DNA of 51,119 nt, from positions 1 through 51,119 of the forward strand of contig JAUCBJ010003090.1 of the NCBI GenBank assembly GCA_032718475.1. The letters run 5' to 3'. Position 1 is the first letter of the stretch; each line of letters opens with the position of its first letter. Under the pieces are notes generated by a model that did not search any database, was not told where the DNA came from, and saw only the letters and a list, made by a program, of their open reading frames with translations. The DNA comes from Nemertoderma westbladi (Eukaryota; Animalia; Xenacoelomorpha). Below are positions 10,490-22,105 of this stretch, piece after piece. The position numbers were made by a program, and so were the translations under genes.

Positions 10490-11095
10490 ATGGATAATAT
10501 TATTTTTGTTGATTTTCAATATTATAAGATAGACAATAAGGAATATCCAGTAGTATTTAAAGAATTTGCTATATTCGATTCTAATTACACCAAAACTAAT
10601 GTAAAGACGTTTTTAATTAAAGGTCCGCCTAATATTAAGTTATCAGCATTAGATGAAGCCCACGTAAACAATTTACGAGACATGACTTCGCATTTACCTT
10701 GGGATTACGGCGACATTTCGTAAGATGACTTTAAAAAATACATGAAGAGACATTTAAAATATAAAAAAAATATACATGTATTTGGGTTGATGAAGCGGGC
10801 AATATTAGTTTCCCAACTTGATGTTCTCGCACCAAATTTGATGGAGAAATTGTGGATATATCAATATCAGCAATATTACAATTATTTAACCCCCTGTCGC
10901 TTCCACGATCAATTTATTACACTAGAAAATAAATGTGCTTTCCACTTAAACACAAGGGATAACTGTCTGCGGTACTGCTCTGCAAAACGTGTCGGCGGGT
11001 TTGAATTGAAACGATTTTTCGTGAGAAAGCGTTTAACTGACACTGATGATAAACAGAAAGAAATAACTGCGGTGGAAGATGTACTCATACAGTAG
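10490..11095 (+). pseudogene. DEDD-like exonuclease-fold protein with a Cys/His cluster, in-frame stop at 10721-10723
   Basis: The two track ORFs share a frame (252 nt apart); IFVDFQ...FKEFAI, HLPWDYGDI, C-x2-H-x7-C motifs resemble a recurrent Polinton accessory gene. Fold assignment is inference. Confidence 0.6.
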
Positions 11096-11479
11096 GTTTA
11101 CTGTAAGCTTGTAATGTGGTGGGATATAATATAATTTTATTTTGGTGATGATCTTGATGTTAATATAAAAATATAATAAAATATAATTTTTTACAACAAC
11201 CCTATTTAAATAACTTGCGATATTTGCAAAGCTAGCCTTTTAAGTTTTAGCAATGGTGTGGACCAAGTATGTTGTAAGTACTTAACATATCTGTAGGTGC
11301 AACTAGGTAGTTCTACTAAGTATAGCAAGTTTAATGCATATACTTTGAAAGCTTAGAAAGTTTCTAGCATGTGCTTTGAATGTATTTATATTTACAACTA
11401 CTTAGTTTTAGAGGGTATACGAAGTTTTAAAGAGGCACTTAGAAAGATTAGTATGCCTCAACCATTTAATTTAAAAATA

Positions 11480-11655
11480 TAAATGTGACATTTTGTGATT
11501 GAGGAAGAGGGGGGGGGGGGGGGGGGGTATTAGGCTTACAAATTTACAATTGTCAAAGAGGGGGAGGGGGGTCGAGCTTGCGTGACACTTTGTGACAAGG
11601 GGGGGGGGGGTGTCAAAAATCTGGAAAATTTCCGTGACATACTTTATGAACGCCT
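11480..11655. repeat. One end of a Harbinger/Tourist-like MITE
   Basis: Poly-G runs, GTGACA repeats and a CGTGACATACTTTATGAACGCC terminus; partner end not found. Confidence 0.4.
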
Positions 11656-12049
11656 TCCTATCTCATATGCTGCGTTCTCTATATGGACGGACGGAATATC
11701 AGCGGCTAATAATCTCACTGGTCTTATATATCTATACACCCTGATCTACAGTACCTACGGAATTTCCTAAATTTTCATTTTCGAATAAAAATAATATATC
11801 AATTATTATTTAACATTTATTACTATACAAATTACGTTTCACACTAAAACAATATGAATATTGAAATAAAACAAAGCAGACACAATGCATTTATTTATTT
11901 ATAATTTATTCTCAATTTCAGCAAATATAGACATCAGAATAAGCAAATATAGTCTAATCTAACACTATTTAAACAAGAAATCAAAGAGTGAACATAAGTA
12001 ATTAATTCAATTAAATAAAGAACATAAACTGGACTGATATGTACTAATC

Positions 12050-12281
12050 GGGGGAAACTGGACGCAAATCCCATCTTGGCGAATTAATATCCCGCCTCAA
12101 TGTTAAATTCTCAATTTAGGGAAAGGAGCAGGTTTCAGTGGCACGTTATTTCAACCAAAACAATAAACTAAACACAACAGAACAGGTTACAGTTTTATTT
12201 TTGAGAGTAATCAGCTGTTTGTTATTTGCGTCGAGTTTACCCTGGAGAGGAATGAATTTTTATTGCGTCCAGTTTCCCCCC
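12050..12281. mobile_element. ~230-bp MITE; related copies at ~19662-19745 (partial) and ~32897-46000 (interrupted)
   Basis: TIR GGGGGAAACTGGACGCAA / TTGCGTCCAGTTTCCCCC; shared core CAGTGGCA...AACCAAAACAATAAAC. Confidence 0.75.
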
Positions 12282-12837
12282 ATCTGGCATTTTTAACGGA
12301 GGGTCTGTCTGAAAAACTTTGTGATATAGTTAGTTTACTTTGTTTTATTTTGCGAAGCAAATCAGTGTAATAAACGAGGCAAACGAGGGTCAAACTCATA
12401 ATACTGTCAAGTGCACTTGGCATGCATGTAATGCTGTGTAATATTATTTTACTACAATGGCGTATAATAAAATTGCAGTTACAGTTTACAAGTATAATTA
12501 ACAATAAAAAAATTAACAACAATTTTCAATAACTGTTTACAAAACAAAGTACAACAAAAACAAATTGTTGTTTCCAAAAACAAAGGCATATTTGAAAACA
12601 ACAAATAATCAAATTGCAATTCTTGTTTGCAATACGACTACTTCTTTTGCTAATATTGCAGTACAGTTACTGTAATAAGTATAATTAACAATAAAAAAAT
12701 TAACGTACAAAAAAACAAATTAAACAATAAAAATTGTTGTTTGCAACACAACGCCTACTTGGCATTATTCTGGTAATACAGTATAATACAGCATAAACGC
12801 TGTCACTGTCAAACATTACACTGTATTACTTGTTTAA

Positions 12838-13055
12838 CCCATTTGGCCCGGGGGAAGGGCAAGGAAGGGGGGGGGGGGGGGGTCATTATATAAAAATTTT
12901 TATGTTATATGTGTTTTATGTTGTATGTTAAGGAGAACAGAGATTTCGTGAAAAATTTCGAAAACCCGTACCATCAAAATTGTATTTTTTGAGCCAAGAT
13001 CTAAAACATTTCTAAAATGACCCCCCGCCCCGCGCAATTACTTTTCCGGTCCAGA
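12838..13055. mobile_element. piggyBac-like MITE (degenerate)
   Basis: TTAA-CCC start, GGGGGGTCATT / AATGACCCCCC inverted motifs, ends CCGGTCCAGA-TTAA. Confidence 0.5.
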
Positions 13056-13105
13056 TTAAATAATTTGAAAGCCTGACGGAATAAAAATAATACTATGATA
13101 GTAAT

Positions 13106-16100
13106 TTAGTCATGTTCATAATCCTTTATACATGGTATGGCAAACATCTTAGTTTTATGGGAAATTGAAATGAAATTGTTTACAAGTTGTGAAGCACAAA
13201 CAACAGTTTTTATACTCTGAGCAACCTCATAAACATGACAATTGGATTTAAGACAATCTCGGAAATGCGTTGGGAGATACCTCGCTTCTAATGTATTAAT
13301 TACAGATTTGGCTGTGAAAGAGGAACATAAACAGTACAATTTGTTATCAGACTGCTTCACAATATGTTCAATTTTGAGAAATTCCAAACCGCCATGAGCA
13401 TTTCGAATAAAAGCAAAATATGAAACAGACTGCCTTTTATATGGGTACGAAAACGAGTGGAATATGATATTATTTACTGCAATCCGGTACGCCACACTCA
13501 TTCCTGTACTCAGATCGATGTTATAGCAACTCATGTCACAAGGTAACACTGACACTGAGAAGAGTTTGCCTATAACAACCACGCCATTGGCGTCAGAAAT
13601 AAGTTTCGTTTCCTTATTTGACTCTGATTCAAAATTATGTTTATAGCGCAAGAAACGTTTTACTATAAGTGATGCTTCAGTTCTCTTGCCAGTAACAAAG
13701 CGCTTAAGATGGTAAAATGCACTTTCAAAAATTGAGGCTGACGCGGATGATAAAGAACCGAAAAGCCGTACTTGTTGAGCTAGATGCGACAATACATGCA
13801 GTGACAATGTTTGAACTCCAGTACCAAACAAGGTTGTAACAATTGATCTGAACGAGTTTAGCAATAATTCCGCAGCATTGATTTCATCATCAGTTATTGT
13901 ATCTTTAAGTAATAGTTGCATTGATGTAGTAAAACAAGCAACCATGACTAAAATTCTATTGTCAGTGTTCGTAAGGTAAAACAAGGGGATAGCGAAGTAC
14001 ATGAAGAATAGCTTAACCTCTGTAGCTTTCCAATGTTTTAGTTTAGCTAATGATCGTGGTGATCTTGTAAATTGTACCGGAACTCGAATGTTTTGCAATA
14101 TAGACGAAATAATTTGTGTATCAATAAATTCTTTGTTTATGAGATGTGTTAAGGTTGTCTTACCGATACCTAGATGCAATAGATGCATAGGATCAAACGG
14201 GGCACTGAATGGAATGTCAATAATATCACTTAGTGGGGAAAACCCTTTCACTCCTTTCTCTGGTTTTGAACTTTCTAAAGCTTTTTCTGCTAATCTTTTA
14301 TTGATTTCATTACTCCGTAGTGCCGAGGGGCTTGATTCAAAGGGAAATATCATTTTCGAATATTCGTGACTATATGTACCAGGGATTAGACACCAGGGAC
14401 AGGCGAAATATCCATTATGATGTACTATATTTAATACATCCGCTCTTGCTGGAGAATCAGCAATAAATTGAACAAGTTTAATCTTAATATTAAATTCATT
14501 CCAATCTAAAGAAAAGGATTTCGTAGATTCTATACCACATTCTATTAAATGCTTGGTATCTGGCTTTTTATCTCCGTGGTATAATGAGAGAAGCAATAAA
14601 TTTTCAAATTTCAGTCGTAAATGTGGAAAAAGATTTAATACAGAACACATGACGGGCCATAAAGTAAAACCTTTAGACTTATGCACGGGAACTACACCAT
14701 CCGTGTTAATGTTCAAATATAAATATCTTTTGTCGAAAGTATCAACATTTTGAAATCCTTTACTCACTGTAATGTCGGAATGTAGCCCAGTTGATTGTAT
14801 GACATTGCTTAAAGTATTAAAAATATTAGAATGTCTACGAATTAAATTTTCAACTTGACCACCCAGATCTACATGAAATATTGTCCCATCCAATACTTTT
14901 GTGGTTAATATATCACAACAACTTGTATCAGTTTCGTTTTCTATACTACAATATTTTGGACAACAATTAGGTACAGGTAAAATGTCAACAATGAATTCCA
15001 ATATTTCCTTTGCTGCAGAATCAGTAATTTTATGCTTTAACATAATATTAAAATATTGTCTTTTAAATACATGTGGGGCGAGCCACGAAGTGAGTGAGCC
15101 TTAGCGTAGTGGTAACATTAATCAACCTGTCGTTCTGTCGTTCTGTCGTTCTGTCGTTCTGTCGTTCTGTCGTTCTGTCGTGTTCAATTTTAAACGTTAA
15201 TAACTCGGCCAATCTTTGATGAAATCTATCCAAACTTGGTACACATGTTGTTTGGCAAAAGTTTAGAAATTTTCCAAGTAGAATTTCCGTGTGGCCTTCG
15301 AGAAGCTAAGATAATAGCAGTTAATTAGTTAATTAAGTTGATTGCGGTGAAAACGCCATTTTCAACCTGCCTTTTAAAGGAAATTAATCGTTTTACAGTA
15401 TAAGATTTAAATAATTATACTTAAAAATTATACAGATATAATCCCCATACGCCATTCTATTATAGTTTTTAATTAGTTTAAGTGATTTGCTTTAATAAAT
15501 GTGTCTTTAATTGATCTAAACGTAATTAAACCGCACAATTATTGAGTACAAATTTAATCCTTCCCATTATTGGTCAAGTCTCTGCTGGTGTGGAGCTAGC
15601 TGCTGGGAGTTGTGGCTGTAGACTAACCTGAGAGGAATTGTAATAGAGGCAACCAGTATTGCTATTCCAGCCCAATCACTGAATTGTGTTTATTATAGGC
15701 TGGACGGGCCGCATAACCGTTCGACTATTACTACTATTGCTATCTCAGTTAAATGACAGATATAATAACATAAATACAATCCATGGCATGGCTGTTGTAG
15801 GCTTCTGAAATAGTTTATTCCACAATGTATATGTCTGGTTATTTTTTAATTGAATTTTTGCAAAGTAGTAAAATTAATGTTCTTAAAAATAATATTATTA
15901 TTTTATATGTAACCTAGGAAATTAGCTACATTTTTTCGCTGCAGCTTTAAGAGTGTACATTGATTTAATATATTATTTCAATACCCATATTACTACATCG
16001 GCATAAGATGCGTTGGCGTTGTATCACACATCTCCACATATCACACATCTCCACATAGATGTATCAACAGTTACTCGCACAGTTTCGAAACTTCGCATAG

Positions 16101-17045
16101 TTATAACTGTATAAAGATCGTCAGTCTGCGTTTAGGAAAAATATTTTATGACAAAACAGGACAAGCGACGAGCGCAACGAGGCATATAATGAAGACGAGT
16201 ACTGCGTTGACTAAATTATTATATAAACCACCTGGCTTCACATATTGATCGCATCCCTAGTTATTATTATTATAAAGATCGTCCTAGCTTGCGTTTAAGA
16301 AATATATTTAAATACAAAACAGGACGAACGCAAAGAGGCTTATAATGAAAACGAGTACTGCGTTTATTATATTCCTATAAACCACCTGGCTTTGCATATT
16401 TAACGTGCGATTGGAAATAAGTTCGTGCTACCCTTCCGTGGGTGGTAGATGTCGCGGTTATGTATTGGTGGTTGGGAAGGGTGGGGGGGGGGGGGAGATT
16501 AAAAGGGGTGAACACGTACTGTCCACCTTTCTTTGATTGATTGGTGGTGTGGGTAAATTTCTCAAAACCTGATTTTGTGATACAGTCGCTGCATTTTAAT
16601 TTGTATATAATAACTAGGCCTCGTGCTGCGCGAAGTCCCCACGAACGTGTTGCGTAATTCTGGAACCTTTAAATAGATATAATTCTGACCAATCGTTATC
16701 ACTTGTACTTGACTCTGAAGTTGAATTCCCTGAAGTAAATTCATCAAATAATATTGGTGATGAGGTTAATCTGGTATATACATTAAGGTTGTCACGGAAA
16801 TCTTCATATAACTCCGACATAGAACTTTGTGATTCATTAATATTTTCATCTAGAACGGGTTTACACGAAATTTGAGAATCATGTGCATCAAAATCATAAT
16901 GTTCGAAAGACGAATTCGATGAAAAAGAAGTATCACTTTGTGTAATCATGGAGCTTTCAATGTGGACCCTTCGAGAAGGTCGAAAGTAACGTTTTCTGGA
17001 AATGTATTTACCGTTATATTGAGATCGATTATAATTTCTTTTCAT
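13106..17045 (-). pseudogene. CACTA/EnSpm (Tnp2-type) DDE transposase, 787 aa when reconstructed, interrupted at 15075-16650
   Basis: LNINTDG, LWPV, FIADSPARA...HNGYFACPWC, FDPMHLLHLG, WKATE, LHVLSHL...FES motifs; joining 17045-16651 to 15074-13106 restores a single frame (LFKGSRITQHVFKRQYFNIMLKHK). Confidence 0.92.
15075..16650 (+). mobile_element. Non-autonomous Helentron/DINE-like insertion
   Basis: Clean interruption of the transposase at a TT site; (CTGTCGTT)n microsatellite ~15127-15180; GTGGGG/CCCCAC short inverted ends; terminal CACG-AA-CGTG hairpin; internal ~135-bp duplication (16111-16246, 16272-16400). Confidence 0.65.
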
Positions 17046-17236
17046 TGTACTTGTGGGAGTTTATACCACCATTGATAACTCGAGATTTGTGAGATAACAC
17101 TACATTTTAAACAGCAGCAAAAAACTGTAGATTATAAACAATGTGAATAATTAAATGACTACTTTTAAAATAGGGACTAAAGAATAGAACAAATTAAACA
17201 AAATGCTTACAGAATATTAAACAAACCGTAAACTTA

Positions 17237-18061
17237 CCGTATTTCTTCGAATAAGAGCCCACCCTCGAATAAACGCCCCCTCGAATTAACCCCCCCCCCC
17301 CCCCCCCCCCCCTTACCATCAAATTAGCAACTTAAACGTCTTCCCCGAATAAACGCCGCGGCGTTTATTATATTAATAGTGTGTTATTAAATAAGATTTT
17401 GGTACGGTATTTCAGGTCAGAAGGGCCTGATAAATGTCTAAAAACATACTTTTCAGGGTTAACCAATAAGGGTTAGACGGAGGATTCCCAGTTAGGTTCA
17501 AGGATACTTTGTGTCTAAGGTTTCGATTGCCGAGTCAAGAAGTAAACCCATATGTATGTGTAAAATGTAGGTATGGTTACTGTGTAGGCTGACCCTGTTT
17601 CTTATTAGGGTATTATTACATTCAAAATGCTGAAAATCTAGAACATAAAAATAAACGCCCCACTAGAACCACACAATTTGGAACTTAAACGCCTTCCCTG
17701 AATAAACACCTCCTCCCCAATTGGCCATTTATAAACAAGTAAAAGTAAAGTAAATTTTCTTCGGCCGCTAGGCCAGGGATTACGCACAAAGTCTGACGAC
17801 TTATTTCCAGTGCGGTCCCCCCAGAACTTTACTCCCCAGAGGAAACTCCAGTACTCATTTAGCTACCACTTAAGGATGCAAGGCAGAGATGCGCCCTGGC
17901 TGGTCCCTTTAAAGCATTCGTGCCGAAACGAAAACTGCCCTGGCCCATGTGAGGATCGAACCCACGACCTACGGGAGATGTAAATTCAATGCAACCACTA
18001 CACCAAGGTGGAACCTGACACTCTTATTCGACCTGACAGGCTCTTATTCGAGTAAATGCGG
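17237..18061. mobile_element. Tc1/mariner-pogo (Tigger-like) MITE
   Basis: TA-CCGTATTTCTTCGAATAAGAGCC ... GGCTCTTATTCGAGTAAATGCGG-TA; internal GAATAAACGCC repeats. Confidence 0.8.
17738..18015 (-). mobile_element. tRNA-derived SINE inside the MITE
   Basis: Minus strand A box TGGTGTAGTGG (18005-17995), B box GGTTCGATCC (17962-17953), ~200-bp body and (TTTAC)n tail. Confidence 0.8.
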
Positions 18062-18235
18062 TACGTAGGTCTACTCTACTATATTAAAATCCATGCGTTA
18101 GTTAGAAGGCTATAGCAGGCCTGTTAGCCTATGCATAATATTAATTAATAATAATTATAATACTATTATTTAATATTTATTATTTATAATAATAATAATA
18201 ATATTAAAACTAAAATCGACATAATATAACTTAGC

Positions 18236-19507
18236 TTAGCTTAGTTCGTAGTTATTGCTAACATCAGCAAAATTTTCTCTATCTTTTGATCTCATATATT
18301 TTACAGCATATCCTGTACTTGAACTTGATCCCCTCTGACGCTTATTTCTGTAAATGTCATTCCCAAGCTGATTTACTGCTACAATCGCGGTTCGAATCTC
18401 CTGATAATCTATATCCTCATCAAAGCTGAACCTTGATATTAAAGCCTGTTTAAACAACTCGGATCGCTGTGGAGATTGAGGCGTTCTATCAGTAGATTGC
18501 ATTCTTTGTGGAAAAAGTATTTTTTCCGCAAGTTCTTTGTCGGTCCACAGATGACGGGCCAAATATTGGCTATAACCTAGCGAATCTAAATTCCTTGCCC
18601 CGATATTGACCAAATCCTTACCATTAAACAGGACTGGGTTGGTGGTGTCTCCCGTCCTCATACTTCCATTTCCATCCCCCACTACGTTCACTGGAGCAGA
18701 TTTTTTAATAATACGTGTAATATTCTTGTACAATTTTTCAGTTTTCGCAAGTTGAGCTGTCTCGATGCTAACTAGTTTTTTAAGAAGCTTGTTGTTATCT
18801 TTCAGTAGACGTTCAGTGACCTGTTCATAGCGAGATGGAGATCCATTGGAGCCATCTGTGCTGTCAACTTCTTCATCACCGCACACATTTGCACTCTGAA
18901 TGTCTTCCCCGTAACCACACAATTCTTCCAATGTGTTGCTAGTCTGAACAACATCTTCTTCTTGGCTGCTTATCTCTATTGCTCCAGAACCAGTACTAAT
19001 AACGCAAGGAACCGATTTATCCAAAAATCCAAAACTTGCATTAGGATTTCCATCCCATTCCTTGTTAAGACGACTTTCCCGGAGCATCATCTCCTCCTTG
19101 TTATCACAATGGTAAAGGTAAAATGCTGGAACTCGTCCTGCCAATCCAGATTCATCTTTTAGAAGTATTTTCTGTCTTCTTTGGATTGTATCCAAATCGA
19201 GATCTTTAGGTAATCTGGTCGAATTACTTGTTATCACAGAGTACCTCAACTCATCTGGGAAAAATAGAAGAATATAATTAGTATTGCATTTCTTTGAGAA
19301 AATGCGAGGATTGCGAATGGGACGTCGGACAGCAATCGTGTTAGGGACGGTTTCCACTTCGGCGTTATAAGTTGCAGAGTTACCAGTATTCATATTGCGC
19401 ATTGTAGGTGTGTTTAATGCTTGTATATCATCATATCTTTCTCCATCACCTCGAAAATCGTGACCCAGGTCGCTTAATTGCATTTGCTTAGAATAATTCA
19501 TGATCAA
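18236..19507 (-). CDS. Transposon accessory protein with coiled coil and C-terminal BEN-like domain
   Basis: Intact 423-aa ORF co-oriented upstream of the transposase; YLARHLWTDKELAEKIL...PQSPQRSELFKQAL resembles the BEN pattern (L..LF..EEL ... L.P.R..I). Confidence 0.7.
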   Translation of the reverse strand: MIMNYSKQMQLSDLGHDFRGDGERYDDIQALNTPTMRNMNTGNSATYNAEVETVPNTIAVRRPIRNPRIFSKKCNTNYILLFFPDELRYSVITSNSTRLPKDLDLDTIQRRQKILLKDESGLAGRVPAFYLYHCDNKEEMMLRESRLNKEWDGNPNASFGFLDKSVPCVISTGSGAIEISSQEEDVVQTSNTLEELCGYGEDIQSANVCGDEEVDSTDGSNGSPSRYEQVTERLLKDNNKLLKKLVSIETAQLAKTEKLYKNITRIIKKSAPVNVVGDGNGSMRTGDTTNPVLFNGKDLVNIGARNLDSLGYSQYLARHLWTDKELAEKILFPQRMQSTDRTPQSPQRSELFKQALISRFSFDEDIDYQEIRTAIVAVNQLGNDIYRNKRQRGSSSSTGYAVKYMRSKDRENFADVSNNYELS

Positions 19508-21175
19508 TTGTTGTGGAATTAAGTATAATAAGTTTAATAATATATAGTGTAATAATAACTAAGTATAATATAATTAAGTATAACGGTGAATTAAGTACAC
19601 TGTATTATATATATATTGAATATATAAGTCATATGTTATCATTCATATGCGTACCTGTGGTAAAAGGAGCAGGTTACAGTGGCAGGCTTTTCTAACCAAA
19701 ACAATAAACGATAATTCAATAACATAGTTTACAGTCTTATTTTTGCAATACGAAAATACCACAGGTTAGGATATGAACTATAGATAACTAATTTCTTGAT
19801 GAAAGCTTGAAAATAATGACAATACCATGAAACCTCAGAAGATAAACTTCAAAATTTCAATCAATGTGTCGATAAGTATAATAGACTAGTATTAGTCTAT
19901 TATAATTAAACACTAACACCACCCAAACACAAGTAAGACCAACAACACAAACCTAAACGATCATCATAAAAAACACCGCCTCTCTGTTAAACAAAGTTCT
20001 CTTTTATATCATTTGGAAATATAAAATGTGTTGTGATTGGATGCTATGCCGAAAGGGTAGGATTATTTTTATCTGAAAGTTAATTCTGTCAAGTCTTTGA
20101 AACCAGACTTTCAGTATTTTTCAATGGATGAACGGAAAATATAATATATTTTAATTGACAGCTGGATGTTTTTATAGGACACGTTTTCATATCACAGGGG
20201 GTCTTCATGTATAAAATATTATGTTGACATCTTGTCAAACCATTGAATAGTGCCGACGGGCGAATTCAGTGGAAAACATTCTTAACTGGATTATAAAGTT
20301 ACAATTTAATAAATTTAACCGTATAGGGTGGCTGACTTGTAGTTAACGTCACAGTACCACATACTAACAAACCAAAGTACAGGAGTTGGAGTACACTGAA
20401 GTAACTACTACTACTAGTACTGTGCACTGGCTGACCTGTCAGCTTGTTCTTGTACACATTTACCTGTAGTTGGTACCGGTATCATACAACAAATCTTCAA
20501 AGCCTAGTATGATATGGAATGCCCGCCAAAACATTGCTATCCTTTGTAGGCCTACAACATACTTCACCTCTATTGGACAATTTTAATTGAAAAAAAAGCG
20601 GGAAATTATGTTGGTATGAAATTCCCCACCTCTGTAATTCCTTTAAATGACTTCACAAATTTGTTATTATTTCCTCTTAAAAATTTGTCAAATTTGCTAA
20701 ATTTTTTTAAATATAATAAGGATTGGAAATATTTTTGTATATTTGTTAAGTACTGATAAGTACTTGGAATATCTAGTACACGATTTTTAAAACATTGTAG
20801 ATTACAAAAGTACTTCGGACTTAATAAATTTAATAAATATTTACACTGTAAATGGCATGGGCTTAGTTAGTCTACTCTGATTTTTCAATAGGGAAGTTCT
20901 CTAAAAAGAATCAATTGCGCTAGGTAAACCATACACATTTAACAATATGATGTAGACGTAACATGTACAGTAAGTATTCTCGACATCATTCTAATATAGT
21001 TGTACTGGTATTGCGAAACAGCCTATACATCGTAAACTAATAACACATACAGTAGTTGACTAGTGATATAACTTTAGTAATATTAGTCAGAAATGCAACA
21101 TAAACTGTATAGGATGTAGTGTTAACCTGTTGGTATCGGTACTGATAAATTCAATAATTTATTATAGGCCTAACC

Positions 21176-21995
21176 ACAACTGTCATCCACTTTATCAGTA
21201 CCGGTAGTGTTTTACTCTTCCAACACTGTAGTCACAGTCTACTGGTATCAGTACAGCAGTAATCTGAAACAATAACATACTGCTGTCATGACCTGGATTA
21301 CATGCAGGGGTCTCACATATAGGGATTAGATCACCTACCCAAACAATACAGTACTGCAGTACTGTCACTGTTGTTGTAACAGTATAGTCAGATAGAGCAT
21401 ACTGATTTCCTTTGATTAGCATTGTACTGTAGTACCGGTACTACAGTATTAATGTAACAGTACCTGCAGTAACAAACTAAGCCAATGTATACAATATCGT
21501 GAGCCAGTTACAATCAGATGTGTACGCAGTCAGCCACACTGCGGGATGCGGTCAACCTCACAGCTACCCTCGCAGCTCCTATCTACAACTGTCATCCACT
21601 TTATCAGTACCTGTAGTGTTTTACTCTTCCAACACTGTAGTCGCTGTCTACTGGTATAAGTACAGCAGTAATCTAATGCAATAGCATACTGCTGACATGA
21701 CCCGGATTGCACGTGTGGGTCTCACATACAGGGATTAGATCCCCTACCCAAACAATACAGTACTGCAGTACTGTCACTGTTGTTGTTGTAACAGTATAGT
21801 CAGATAGAGCATACTGATTTCCTTTGATTAGCATTGTACCGCAGTACCGGTACTACAGTATTAATGTAACAGTACCTGCAGTAACAAACTAAACCATTGT
21901 ATACAATATCGTGAGCCAGTTACAATCGGATGTGCGCGCAGCCAGCCTCGCAGCCAGCCTCGCAGCCAGCCTCGCAGCCAGCCTCGCAGCTACTA
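21176..21995. repeat. Tandem duplication of a ~409-bp unit rich in palindromes
   Basis: ACAACTGTCATCCACTTTATCAGTACC at 21176 and 21585; 12-bp (GCAGCCAGCCTC)n expansion at the end of copy 2. Confidence 0.9.
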
Positions 21996-22105
21996 CCGGC
22001 TAGGCCCGCAGTCAGCCCGTGAGAGTCATACTTATTCAAACGAGGTTAGTTTTCCCTAACTACCGATAGATTGATTGAAAAATAATAATGTTTAATTTTC
22101 ACCTT

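Larger units (their letters stand above)
11200..20893 (-). mobile_element. CACTA/EnSpm (CMC superfamily) DNA transposon nested in the Polinton
   Basis: Termini CCCTATTTAAATAA / TTTTTTCAATAGGG (14-bp TIR, 2 mismatches), 2-bp TSD AA, AAGTACT subterminal motifs at both ends, transposase and BEN ORF inside. Confidence 0.78.

Noticed and set aside
14001-15104. Plus-strand ORFs opposite the transposase, and similar antisense ORFs over the RING, capsid, polB and LINE genes
   Set aside because: Shadow frames of real genes with no motifs.
15060-16647. Spliceosomal intron in the transposase
   Set aside because: The nearest GT donor (CAC|GTTCGT) and AG acceptor (AAAAG|ACAA) give an out-of-frame join, whereas clean excision of the insert restores the frame.
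17940-18015. tRNA gene
   Set aside because: A and B boxes are present but no convincing cloverleaf; followed by a SINE body and tail.
11737-20330. CACCCT...AGGGTG as CACTA termini
   Set aside because: Only 6 bp match and no TSD; the 11200/20893 pair fits better.
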